The translations under genes were made by a program, and so were the position numbers. A stretch of 64,000 nt of DNA from a virus (Duplodnaviria; Caudoviricetes), in IMG/VR virus record IMGVR_UViG_3300034691_000044, positions 1-64,000 of that record, one strand, 5' to 3'. The notes under the pieces were generated by a model. The model saw only the letters and a list, made by a program, of their open reading frames with translations. It was not told where the DNA came from and did no database searches. Position 1 is the stretch's first letter. Every line of letters starts with the position of its first letter. Of the stretch, positions 37,134 to 46,729 are shown piece by piece.

Positions 37134-37934
37134 GTGAAAAAAGCAATCAATAAGCAAGAACGTCACGAGATCCTGCTTGCCGTCGTAGTTGCCTCGGCGG
37201 TCCCCGCTGCACAAAAGATCATCGACAGCCTTACCCAATTGCGCTTACAAGTGCATGGGGTGCTGTTGAACAACTGGGAAGACCAGTACCCTGGCATTTC
37301 CAAAGCTGATCAACTGTCACTGCTCCAAAGCCGCGGGGCTAACAGCCTCAGCTTCCGTCCAAGCATTTATGCGCTCGGTGAGCCGAATTTGGACGGTACA
37401 GAAAGTAAAAAGTGCATCGGGGAGTTCGGCAAAGTGGCCTGGCAAAACAGTGGCACCGATGCTGAAAAACAACGCTTGGCCACCCTGGCTTCACGCCTCA
37501 TGCAAAATTGCACAGGGGCTGCGGGTATCGTAAGCGAAAGCGTGACAAGCGGCTGGAATTCCAGTGTGCAGATCAACCACAGCTACGCCGACATCATTCA
37601 AGGGCACCAACCGGGCTACTTGTATGAAGCCGGCCTGGGAGTGCCTGATGATCTGGACGCAGTAGCAAACGAAGCCTTTGTGTTCCTTAACGAAAAAATT
37701 GCAGGTTTACTGCATGAACTCAAGGATTTGTTCTTTTCCTGCGAAACTGCCTACCAGGCATTGAGTTCGGCCATCGCTCCGGTGAAAACTGCGGCCCGAC
37801 TGGCAGAACTGATGCCAGAAGCTGTGAAGCACTTCCCTGCGTCGTTGATGTATGTCAAACCGACCAAACAACTCGCCGATCCAAAGGCGATCAACGAAAT
37901 CCGCGCCAAGCTCAAGAAGGGCTTGCCGATTTAA
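37134..37934 (+). CDS. Nmad5-like (nucleotide-modification-associated) protein
   Basis: C-terminal VKTAARLAELMPEA..HFP resembles the Nmad5 signature. Confidence 0.5.
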   Translation: MKKAINKQERHEILLAVVVASAVPAAQKIIDSLTQLRLQVHGVLLNNWEDQYPGISKADQLSLLQSRGANSLSFRPSIYALGEPNLDGTESKKCIGEFGKVAWQNSGTDAEKQRLATLASRLMQNCTGAAGIVSESVTSGWNSSVQINHSYADIIQGHQPGYLYEAGLGVPDDLDAVANEAFVFLNEKIAGLLHELKDLFFSCETAYQALSSAIAPVKTAARLAELMPEAVKHFPASLMYVKPTKQLADPKAINEIRAKLKKGLPI

Positions 37935-37948
37935 AACAAGAAGCGATT

Positions 37949-38125
37949 ATGCATCAGGAAATCCCACCTGTGCCAAATCCCGTCTTTCCAACAGCAGATA
38001 GCCTCCATGATGTAGTAATGGAGGCTATTTATGCTTTGGATGACGGGGAACTGTCCACGAACCGTCTACGTCAACTGTTTGGCAGCTATCACAACACGCT
38101 GCTGGCAAAACTCACTATTCAGTAG
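37949..38125 (+). CDS. Small conserved N4-like protein
   Basis: 58 aa, FPT.DSL..V ... SYHNTLL; below the ORF-track cutoff. Confidence 0.55.
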   Translation: MHQEIPPVPNPVFPTADSLHDVVMEAIYALDDGELSTNRLRQLFGSYHNTLLAKLTIQ

Positions 38126-38133
38126 GATCTATC

Positions 38134-38961
38134 ATGTCCATCAAAACCATCGCGCAAGTCCGTCGCATCCTCGATATCCACTACACCTCCCAGGGCATCA
38201 TTCGCCCACACTTCTTCCTGACCGGTCCATCCGGTTCGGGCAAGACGTACAACGTCGAAGGTCTTTGCGACGAGCTGATGATGCCGATGTACGAAATCAA
38301 CTGCGCCCAGCTGACCAAAGAAGGTCTGTCGGGCAACTCGTTGTCCAAAGCCTTGGCGCCAATCGCCAATAGCGCGATGGCACCGGCTGTCGTGTTCTTC
38401 GACGAATTCGACAAGCTGTTCATCCGTGGTAACTCCAACTCTGATCTGGCGGACGATTCGACCACCAGCATCCAGAATGAGTTGCTGAAGATCCTGGAAG
38501 GTCGCACCACCAGCGTGTACACCGGTAAGTACGGCCAGTACGAAGAAATCACCATCAACCATTGCCTGTTCATTTTCGGTGGCGCCTGGAACGGCGAAGC
38601 TGATATCGATCTGGATCGTCTGCGTGCTTTCGGCGTGAAGACCGAATTGCTGGGCCGTGTTGGCCTGGTCTACTCCATGGAGAAGGTGCAGCTCGACGCA
38701 CTGCTGAAGGCAGTTGAAACCAGTGAATTACTGGATAACTACCTGAAAATCTACACCGACGTGGTGCGTGAAGACGTGGTGACCATGGTGCAAGACGTGG
38801 TGCGTGAGAACTACGAACTGAACACCCTGGGCTATCGCCAGATCTCGGCATTGCTCCACCAGTACTTCATCAACGGCACGTTGAAATCGGAGAAGAAGCA
38901 GCCTGTGTTCAAAAAGGCGCTGTCTCTCCCGAAAGCGGACAACCTGTTCGCCGACGCTTAA
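38134..38961 (+). CDS. ClpX/HslU-clade AAA+ ATPase (no zinc domain, no IGF loop)
   Basis: LTGPSGSGKT, VFFDEFDK, IQNELLKILEG, LFIFGGAW, ELLGRV. Confidence 0.8.
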   Translation: MSIKTIAQVRRILDIHYTSQGIIRPHFFLTGPSGSGKTYNVEGLCDELMMPMYEINCAQLTKEGLSGNSLSKALAPIANSAMAPAVVFFDEFDKLFIRGNSNSDLADDSTTSIQNELLKILEGRTTSVYTGKYGQYEEITINHCLFIFGGAWNGEADIDLDRLRAFGVKTELLGRVGLVYSMEKVQLDALLKAVETSELLDNYLKIYTDVVREDVVTMVQDVVRENYELNTLGYRQISALLHQYFINGTLKSEKKQPVFKKALSLPKADNLFADA

Positions 38962-38997
38962 CCCTCAAACCAAATTTTAGAAAAGGTGCAATAAACC

Positions 38998-40065
38998 ATG
39001 GCAACTATGCTCGAAGACTTCCAAATCCCAATGGGCGAAGCAACCACCTACGTCCGTGACATCCTGGCCGCTGGCCTGGTCCCAATGCTGCGGGGTAGCC
39101 CGGGCATCTCCAAATCGGCGGTGATCGCGGAGATCGCTGACGAAATGAACCTGTTGCTGGTCGATAACCGCTTTGCCGGTTTCGACCCTACCGACATGAA
39201 CGGCTTTCCTGGCCTGGACATGGTGGCCGGTGTCGCTCGTTACTACCCGCTGGAAAACTTCCCGCTGGAAGGTGCAGAACTCCCAATCAACCCGAAAACT
39301 GGTCAACAGTATGCAGGTTGGCTGTTGTTCTGCGACGAGCTGACTTCGGCGCCGGAAATGGTCCAAGCGGCCAGTTATAAGTTCTTCCTCGACCGAATGG
39401 TAGGTCAGCGCAAACTTCACCCTCTGGCGCACATTGCTGCGGCCGGTAACCATGACGATGACCAAGCTGTGACAGTTGCAATGTCCACAGCGCTGATCTC
39501 CCGCCTGGTAAACCTGTCGGTCACCGAAGACATGGAACACTGGCTGAAGTGGGCACAGAAAGGCAACATCCGCTCGCTGATCACTTCGTACCTGGAATGG
39601 CGCCCGAACGCCTTCTACACGTTCGACAACAAGAACCCGGACCAGCCTTTCGCTTGCCCACGTTCGTGGGAATTCGTCCACAAGCTGCTGAACGTCTGGA
39701 ACGGCAACCCAGCAGGCAAACTGCCGGTCATTGCTGGCTGTGTGAACGCCATTGCACATGAGTTCGTCGCTTTCGCAATGATGCGTAAGGATCTGCCGAA
39801 AAAGGCCGATGTATTGGCCAATCCAAAAACTGCACCTGTGCCATCGGCTGGTAACCCAGGCCCGTTGTACGCACTGACCGGCGCCTTGGGTGACTGGTTT
39901 GAAGCAGGTAACGCGGCAGCAATGATGGAGTACATCGAGCGCATCCCGGCCGAGTTCCAAATCGTGACCATGCGCAACATCACCCGCCGTCAAGGCATGG
40001 CTGTGTTGGGCAACCCGGCCGTGTCGGCTTGGATGAAAGCCAATGCCGCAGACTTCACTAGCTAA
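38998..40065 (+). CDS. MoxR-like AAA ATPase (N4 gp24-like)
   Basis: GSPGISKS, DPTDMNGFP, LLFCDEL, AAGN, STALISR, CPRSWE. Confidence 0.85.
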   Translation: MATMLEDFQIPMGEATTYVRDILAAGLVPMLRGSPGISKSAVIAEIADEMNLLLVDNRFAGFDPTDMNGFPGLDMVAGVARYYPLENFPLEGAELPINPKTGQQYAGWLLFCDELTSAPEMVQAASYKFFLDRMVGQRKLHPLAHIAAAGNHDDDQAVTVAMSTALISRLVNLSVTEDMEHWLKWAQKGNIRSLITSYLEWRPNAFYTFDNKNPDQPFACPRSWEFVHKLLNVWNGNPAGKLPVIAGCVNAIAHEFVAFAMMRKDLPKKADVLANPKTAPVPSAGNPGPLYALTGALGDWFEAGNAAAMMEYIERIPAEFQIVTMRNITRRQGMAVLGNPAVSAWMKANAADFTS

Positions 40066-40078
40066 ACGGTATCAGGCT

Positions 40079-40552
40079 ATGGCTGCAAAGCACTTCACTG
40101 ACACACGGGGAATTGGCATGGCCACGACAGCAATAGCTTTTAAACCCGAAGACTGCGTTGCAGTACTGGAAGCCCTCAACGTCAAACAAATGCCCCGAAT
40201 TTGGAGTTTGGGCGACATGATGGTAATGCTTCGCTCCGGGCAGGCTGGCCCTATCAGGCGAACTCTGCAAGCACAGGGAATATCGTTCAACTATGCCAGT
40301 TATGGCAATAGTACGGCGATGTCCCCTGGACAAGCAGGACAAGTTCGCTATGGCCATGATGGCACTGAAATGCACCTAAATTTGGTGCCTGACCCACAAC
40401 TTGCAGCAATATACTCTCGACAGTTGCCTGGAGAGAATGCTTTAGACGATGTGAACCGCATGCGGATCTGTTTCGTCTGTTGCGGCCAGGATTCCTGGGA
40501 TGACCGTGAAGCAAACGGGCAGATGCATAAAATGCGCCTGCTACTTACCTAA
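40079..40552 (+). CDS. Hypothetical protein inserted between the AAA and vWA genes
   Basis: ORF fills the gap between the two genes. Confidence 0.55.
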   Translation: MAAKHFTDTRGIGMATTAIAFKPEDCVAVLEALNVKQMPRIWSLGDMMVMLRSGQAGPIRRTLQAQGISFNYASYGNSTAMSPGQAGQVRYGHDGTEMHLNLVPDPQLAAIYSRQLPGENALDDVNRMRICFVCCGQDSWDDREANGQMHKMRLLLT

Positions 40553-40575
40553 TCAACTGCCTTGGAGGCAAACCA

Positions 40576-41742
40576 ATGACACAAATTGAAGAGTTCTGGA
40601 AAGCCATTACCAAGGCACGATTGGATCTCATGCAGATGCCAAAAGCGACGTTTCTGACGACGCTGGCCCTGATGATGAAGCAGAAGGTCGACGATGTGCG
40701 CTGTCAAACAGCGGCCACCGACGGTCTCTGTATCTTTTATAACACCGGCTTCTTCCTGGCTTTGCCTCGGAAGCAGCGGCCGACTGTGATTGCCCACGAG
40801 GCTATGCATGCGGCGCTAGACCACCTGTTCCTGGCCAAGGCACACAATGTGACGCCGGAGCAGCACCTGCGCTTCAACAAAGCAGCGGACTTCGTGATCA
40901 ACGACTTCCTAGTGCAAGCCGGCTTCGAACCGATCCCGGGCTGGTGCCACGACGTGAAGTATCGCGGTATGACAACCATGGCTGTTTATCGGCTATTGGA
41001 GGAAGACGAAGCCAACGGTGGTGGCGGAGGTGCTGGTGATCCTATGGATGACCTCATGGAGCCGGGTTCCTCCGAACCTGGCCTGTCCGAGTCCGAGGTG
41101 AAACAGCAAGTGCAGTCCAACGTGACGGCCGCTGCTGTGGCCACCAAGATGAAAGGCGGCGACATGGCGGGCAATATACCCGCTGACGTGCAAGTCTTCT
41201 TGGACGGCCTCCTGAAGCCCAAGCTGCCTATGGCTGCACACCTGCGTAAGTTCTTCAAGGCTGTAGACAAATCAGACTACAGCTGGAAAAAGCTCAATCG
41301 CCGGTTCCAGCCGCAACTGATGCCCGGGCTCCAGGGTAAAAAACTGGGGCACATCGCTTTCGCGTTCGACATGTCGAGCTCGGTAAGCGATAAGGACATC
41401 AAACGCTACGTCAGTGAGCTGTATGCTGTGGTGCGCAACCTCAAACCAGACCGTATAAGCCTGGTTCAGTTCACTTGTGAGCTGAAGTCGGTGCATCGTA
41501 TCAAGTCTGTCCGCGAGCTGGCTGAAGTGGAACTGCGCGGCCGCGGGGGCACCGATATCGAGCCTCTCATGCAGTGGGCCAAGGAAAACAAACCGACAGC
41601 ACTCTGCGTGTTCACGGATGGCGAATATTCGCATCCTTCCTTCAACCCCGGGTGCCCAATCATGTGGCTCATTCACGGTTATTCGAAAGAACACTTCCAC
41701 TGTGACTTCGGTACAACCATCCTGTTCGATGTGGGGGAATAA
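40576..41742 (+). CDS. Metallopeptidase-vWA protein (N4 gp25-like)
   Basis: TAATDG, HEAMH (HExxH), N.AAD.VIN; MIDAS DMSSS, GGTD, FTDG. Confidence 0.88.
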   Translation: MTQIEEFWKAITKARLDLMQMPKATFLTTLALMMKQKVDDVRCQTAATDGLCIFYNTGFFLALPRKQRPTVIAHEAMHAALDHLFLAKAHNVTPEQHLRFNKAADFVINDFLVQAGFEPIPGWCHDVKYRGMTTMAVYRLLEEDEANGGGGGAGDPMDDLMEPGSSEPGLSESEVKQQVQSNVTAAAVATKMKGGDMAGNIPADVQVFLDGLLKPKLPMAAHLRKFFKAVDKSDYSWKKLNRRFQPQLMPGLQGKKLGHIAFAFDMSSSVSDKDIKRYVSELYAVVRNLKPDRISLVQFTCELKSVHRIKSVRELAEVELRGRGGTDIEPLMQWAKENKPTALCVFTDGEYSHPSFNPGCPIMWLIHGYSKEHFHCDFGTTILFDVGE

Positions 41743-42317
41743 TGCCAAGAACTGTATACGGGGTAGGGATTAATGACGCGAATTACGAAGTTACCAATCC
41801 ACGTTGTCTGCTGTACGCAATGTGGGCAAACATGCTCAAACGATGTTATTACGTACCATACCTTGCAGCCAACCCTACATACCATGGGTGCTCAGTTGTG
41901 GGGGAGTGGCATTCATTCAATAACTTCCGTGAATGGGCAAAACAACATGCATGGATGGGTAAGTGTTTAGACAAGGATATAAAGACGGAAAACTGCAAAG
42001 TCTACTCGCCTGATACGTGTCTGTTTGTTACACAAGAAGTAAATAAACTTTTGAATAAACAGGAGAAAAAACGAGGCAGTTACCCCATTGGTGTAAGTTT
42101 TCACCGACGTGATCAGGTGTTTCACGCTTATATCCGAAAAGATGGCAAGCGTGTTCACTTAGGTTCGTTCAATACACCAGAAGAAGCATCACGTAAGTAT
42201 CTTGCTCATAAAGGGGAGTATGTGATGAAACTGGCTTTGCGTTCCTTAAACCCTGATGAGAAAACCGGCTTGCTTCGTATTTCTCAGCAGATACTCAAAG
42301 GCACTTTTTATGAGTAA
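41742..42317 (+). CDS. Free-standing HNH-like endonuclease (paralog B)
   Basis: VYGVGIND, W.NML.RCY, LDKDIK, Y.PDTCLFV, YPIGV, HLGSFNTPEEA (AP2-like); lower GC than flanks. Confidence 0.78.
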   Translation: MPRTVYGVGINDANYEVTNPRCLLYAMWANMLKRCYYVPYLAANPTYHGCSVVGEWHSFNNFREWAKQHAWMGKCLDKDIKTENCKVYSPDTCLFVTQEVNKLLNKQEKKRGSYPIGVSFHRRDQVFHAYIRKDGKRVHLGSFNTPEEASRKYLAHKGEYVMKLALRSLNPDEKTGLLRISQQILKGTFYE

Positions 42318-43557
42318 ATTTAACCTCACCCCGAGCCAAGAACGGGGGTATGACACATTCCTTCCGTTCTATCTCGACCCAAATCAGACGGTAATGGTGC
42401 TCAAGGGGTATTCCGGCACCGGTAAGACCACCTTGGTCAAATACCTAATAGAACAGCTACCGATGATGGATGAAATGGCGAAGTTGGTGGCCCCTGGCTA
42501 CATTCCACCTGAAATTGTTCTGACGGCAACAACAAACCAGGCAGCTGAAGCATTCTCGCTGGCCGTCGGCTATAAGCCGATAGCTTCAACGATTTACTCG
42601 GCTTGCCAACTGCGTGTGGTCCGGGACTATAAGACACGAGAGTCACATCTCGTTCCATACGGGGACGGCTTGGAAAACAAGCTGGTATTCCTCGACGAAG
42701 CGTCTTTCCTCGACCAAGAGGCATTAGCCAAGATTTTGGCCCAGTGCCGCAAGTGCAAGATCGTCTTTATCGGCGACCCTGCGCAATTGACACCCGTTGG
42801 CTCAGAAAAGATGCCAGTGTTCGAAATGAACGCTTGCGAGATTGAACTGACCGACTTGGTGCGTTTTAACGGTGGCGTGCTGGAAGCCTTTATGGGTTCC
42901 CTGCGTGCTGCCGTTATGGAAGGCAATTGGTCCAGATTCCCGCTCACCCCTGGTGTTATCGACCGCCTTGATCGGCCGGCGTTTAATGCTGAGGCTGTTC
43001 GGTTATTTACCGAGGAAAAAGACAAACATGTCAAAATCCTGGCCTACACCAATGACCGAGTAACCGCGTTCAACAACTACCTGTCAAAGAAGATCCTCGG
43101 GTCTACTGTTCCCCAGGTAGGGCAAAAAATGCTTGTCAACGAGGCGGTGCAAAGCAATGCCTGCCGTTGCACAACAAATGAAGAGGTCACCATCGAGACA
43201 ATCGAGCCAACTGTGGAGTATTCCGTAGAAGGCTACACGATTCGCTTCCTTGGTAAGGGTGGCTACTTCTTCATGCCAAAGGCCCGCGGCGACAAGGACA
43301 AAGCGCACAAGCAAGCTGTGTACGATGACGACTTCCAAGCCATGAAGATAATCCTGGATACCTGGATCGAACTTCGTCCGGCATTCGCCCAAACAATCAA
43401 CAAGTCGCAAGGTTCTACCTACGACATCATCATGATCGACCTGGACGACGTGTGTTCGATGACTCGGACGCTGGAACAGCTCGCACGCCTGCTTTATGTG
43501 GGCTTGAGCCGTGCTCGTTTCAGAATCGTCATGACCGGAGATCTTCGGAGGAATTAA
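42310..43557 (+). CDS. Dda/RecD-like SF1 DNA helicase (N4 gp37)
   Basis: GYSGTGKTT, LDEAS, IGDPAQL, TINKSQGST, LYVGLSRAR. Confidence 0.92.
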   Translation: MSKFNLTPSQERGYDTFLPFYLDPNQTVMVLKGYSGTGKTTLVKYLIEQLPMMDEMAKLVAPGYIPPEIVLTATTNQAAEAFSLAVGYKPIASTIYSACQLRVVRDYKTRESHLVPYGDGLENKLVFLDEASFLDQEALAKILAQCRKCKIVFIGDPAQLTPVGSEKMPVFEMNACEIELTDLVRFNGGVLEAFMGSLRAAVMEGNWSRFPLTPGVIDRLDRPAFNAEAVRLFTEEKDKHVKILAYTNDRVTAFNNYLSKKILGSTVPQVGQKMLVNEAVQSNACRCTTNEEVTIETIEPTVEYSVEGYTIRFLGKGGYFFMPKARGDKDKAHKQAVYDDDFQAMKIILDTWIELRPAFAQTINKSQGSTYDIIMIDLDDVCSMTRTLEQLARLLYVGLSRARFRIVMTGDLRRN

Positions 43558-44081
43558 TGGATCGCCGCACCAAGGCACACTTCAAATTGAAGGTCCGCGA
43601 GGCACTGCTCGATTTTATCTACAGCCCTGTGCTGAAGAGGAATGAATTGCGCCTAAAGGAACTGATTGACGAAAATGACGCCTTGGTTGGCGTTCAGTAC
43701 TTCGGTTTCGTTTACCGCAACAAGTTTCACACGCAGTCGCGTTACGCAAGACCGCCACAAAACATACCCCGCTTGTTTAGCAGTCTTCATGCTCGAATGG
43801 ACGAGATTCTCGACGAAGAGCGCCTCATTGAGCGTGAAGAACGCCCTCTGATCGCGGGCTACTTGCAAAAGTGGCTCAACTCGTCAGACGACGCAGAAGT
43901 TCTCTTTCAGCGATTACCGACGGCACTACGTGCGCCGTTCCAAACGGTTCTGGACACTGAGGGCATGAAATTGGCCGATGTGGACATGGACGACGCTGCC
44001 CATGAAATGGGTATCGGAGAACGGTCATTGGACGCTTTGAAAATTCGTTTAATGACCAACATCATCAGAGGGGACAGCTAA
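43557..44081 (+). CDS. Conserved hypothetical protein (N4 gp38 position)
   Basis: Lies between helicase and DNA polymerase, coupled by TAATG overlaps. Confidence 0.7.
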   Translation: MDRRTKAHFKLKVREALLDFIYSPVLKRNELRLKELIDENDALVGVQYFGFVYRNKFHTQSRYARPPQNIPRLFSSLHARMDEILDEERLIEREERPLIAGYLQKWLNSSDDAEVLFQRLPTALRAPFQTVLDTEGMKLADVDMDDAAHEMGIGERSLDALKIRLMTNIIRGDS

Positions 44082-46729
44082 TGCGTCACCACCTGTTTTT
44101 CGATAAAAATGAGTCAGGCAAATACCCAGTTGCCGTGCTCATGAAGCAGTACACATTCGATCAGAACTTGATCTACAAAAACTACATCGCCCCGCTGGAA
44201 ACCAGAGGGATAAAGAAGGAGGACTGCATTGCCTTTACCCTATCGTATGAAAATGCGAAGAAGGTATCCGCCCAGCAGGTGAAAGAGTATTCCGCACGCT
44301 TGCTGAACGTGCTGGAGCGCACAGGGACCAAGTTCATCTACTGTACCGATGGCACGTACTTCAAGTACCTCACCGGCCAGAAGAAGTCCGAGGTTCACCT
44401 GGGCTACGCACTGCCTTGTGCCGTGAAAGGCTACGAGCACATGCAAGTGGTCCTGGGCGTGAACTATCAGGTGCTGATCTATGCACCGGATAAGCAAGCA
44501 CACATGGATCAAGGTCTGGACGCGTTGTGTGGCAAAGTGCTGGGTAATTACGTCCCGCCTGGCGACAAGATCATCCATTCGGAGTTCTACCCCAAGACCC
44601 CGAACGAAATCCGCAACGCGCTAATGGAACTGCACAAGTTCCCGTACCTGGCCATGGACATTGAGGGCTACAGCCTTCGGTTGGACGAATGTGGTATTGC
44701 CACCTTTGCCTTGGCCTGGACCCATCATGACTTCATTGCATTCCCGGTCGATTTGAACGACCTGGGCGCAAAGGACGAAGATGGGAACTATCACTACCGC
44801 AAGGACAACGCCGAGGTTCGTGAAATACTCAAGGACTTCCTCAAGAAGTACATCGGCGCCAAGCGGTTCCACAGTGCCACGTTTGACGTGAAGCACCTGA
44901 TTTACAACCTCTGGATGCGTGATCCTCTGGATTACGTGAGCTGCCTGGAAGGTCTGGACATCATGTGCAGCAATCTGGATTGCACCAAGATCCTCAGCTA
45001 CCTTTCGGTCAATTCATGCTCGGGTAACACCCTCGGCTTGAAATACCAGTCCCAAGAGTTCACCGGCAACTATGCCGAGGACGACATCAAGGACATCCGT
45101 AAAATTCCGCTGCCAAACCTACTCCGCTACAACGGAGTGGACTGTATGGCCACGAACTTCACCTATGACAAGCATATGCCTGTCGTGGTGCAGGATCAGC
45201 AGCTGGAATTGTACAACGGCCTGATGAAGGATTCCATGAAGCTGATCATCAACGTCGAGTTGGTGGGCTTGCCGATGGACCCGAAGAAGGTCACCGAAAC
45301 CAAGGAAAAACTGGAGAAGATGCAGGAGGAATACCTGCTCGTTATCCAAAGTGATCCGATGGTAGCCAAGCTGAACTATCTGTTGCAGGTCTCTGCAATG
45401 GAAGCGGCCAACGCCAAGTTGAAGACGAAACAGCATCCGCTGGAGAAATTCAGCGATACCGTGTTCAATCCAGGCTCGCCACTGCAATTGGCCCGTTTGC
45501 TATATGAGCTGATGGACTTGCCTGTGCTTGCACGGACACCCACCAAGGCGCCAGCCACCGGTGGCAAGATCATCAAGCAGTTGCTCGATCACGCAGCAGC
45601 AGCCCCTTATAAGGCATTGCTGCAAGCATTGATCGACTATTCGGCGGTGACCAAGATTCTGCAGGCGTTTATGCCCGCGTTTGAAAACGGAATCTTAAAA
45701 GCCGACGGCATGCGCTATATTCACGGTGTCTTTAACATAGGCGGTACAGTATCAGGTCGTTTGTCGTCTTCTGACCCTAATCTCCAGAATTTGCCTGCGG
45801 GCAGTGCTTATGGCCAGTTAATTAAAGAATTGGTTATGGGACCACCTGGCTGGCTGTTCTGTGGAGCAGATTTTAACAGTTTGGAAGATTACATCTCAGC
45901 ACTAACAACAAGAGACCCAAACAAGTTAAAAGTTTACATTGATGGCTATGACGGCCATTGTTTGCGTGCTTACGCATATTTTGGTGATCAGATGCCGGAC
46001 ATCGACCCAACTTCGGTTGATTCTATCAACAGCATTGCTAAAAAGTACAAACATCTTCGCCAAGAGTCAAAAGCCCCTACATTTGCCTTAACTTACCAGG
46101 GTACGTTCGCAACCTTGATGAAAAACCTCGGTTGGTCAGAAGACAAGGCAAAACGGATCGAAGCTAACTTTCACTCCCTATACAAAGCATCAACTGAGTA
46201 TATTCATGACCGTTTGGTACAAGCGACCAAAGATGGCTACGTTACTGTAGCTTTTGGCCTTCGTTTGCGTACTCCGATGCTTGGGCGATCATATGTTGGT
46301 CTTGACTGCACACCCAAAGAAGTTGCGGCAGAGGGTCGCACCGCGGGTAATGCAATGGGTCAATCTTACGGCTTGTTGAATAACCGTGCGGCGGCGGCAT
46401 TCATGAAATTGGTTTGGGCAAGTCCGTTTCGCTACGACATCAAGCCAGTATGTTTAATTCATGACTCAATCTACTTGATTGTGCGTAATGATCCTGTCAT
46501 TGTGGCCTGGGTCAACAAGCACCTGACGGAAGAAATGGCATGGCAAGATTTACCCGAGTTGGAGCATCCAACTGTGAAGATCGGAGCCGAAATGGATGTG
46601 CATTACCAGAACTGGGCACAGCCAGTCACTTTGCCTGTCGATGCTGACGTTGAAACTATTAAACGCCTATGTCGTGAAGGTAAAGCAAAGTATGACGAGC
46701 AAAACCTGCAAAAGCTGTCAGCTGCATAA
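44081..46729 (+). CDS. Family A DNA polymerase (N4 gp39)
   Basis: Exonuclease DIE, GTVSGRLSSSDPNLQNLP, motif A DFNSLE, motif B RQESKAPTFALTYQG, motif C IHDS. Confidence 0.95.
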   Translation: MRHHLFFDKNESGKYPVAVLMKQYTFDQNLIYKNYIAPLETRGIKKEDCIAFTLSYENAKKVSAQQVKEYSARLLNVLERTGTKFIYCTDGTYFKYLTGQKKSEVHLGYALPCAVKGYEHMQVVLGVNYQVLIYAPDKQAHMDQGLDALCGKVLGNYVPPGDKIIHSEFYPKTPNEIRNALMELHKFPYLAMDIEGYSLRLDECGIATFALAWTHHDFIAFPVDLNDLGAKDEDGNYHYRKDNAEVREILKDFLKKYIGAKRFHSATFDVKHLIYNLWMRDPLDYVSCLEGLDIMCSNLDCTKILSYLSVNSCSGNTLGLKYQSQEFTGNYAEDDIKDIRKIPLPNLLRYNGVDCMATNFTYDKHMPVVVQDQQLELYNGLMKDSMKLIINVELVGLPMDPKKVTETKEKLEKMQEEYLLVIQSDPMVAKLNYLLQVSAMEAANAKLKTKQHPLEKFSDTVFNPGSPLQLARLLYELMDLPVLARTPTKAPATGGKIIKQLLDHAAAAPYKALLQALIDYSAVTKILQAFMPAFENGILKADGMRYIHGVFNIGGTVSGRLSSSDPNLQNLPAGSAYGQLIKELVMGPPGWLFCGADFNSLEDYISALTTRDPNKLKVYIDGYDGHCLRAYAYFGDQMPDIDPTSVDSINSIAKKYKHLRQESKAPTFALTYQGTFATLMKNLGWSEDKAKRIEANFHSLYKASTEYIHDRLVQATKDGYVTVAFGLRLRTPMLGRSYVGLDCTPKEVAAEGRTAGNAMGQSYGLLNNRAAAAFMKLVWASPFRYDIKPVCLIHDSIYLIVRNDPVIVAWVNKHLTEEMAWQDLPELEHPTVKIGAEMDVHYQNWAQPVTLPVDADVETIKRLCREGKAKYDEQNLQKLSAA

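Noticed and set aside
19427-46729. Proteins ending in -AA (gp1-like NTQAA, DNA polymerase KLSAA; also portal PGAA) as ClpX degrons
   Set aside because: Too short a signal in an Ala-rich proteome to support.
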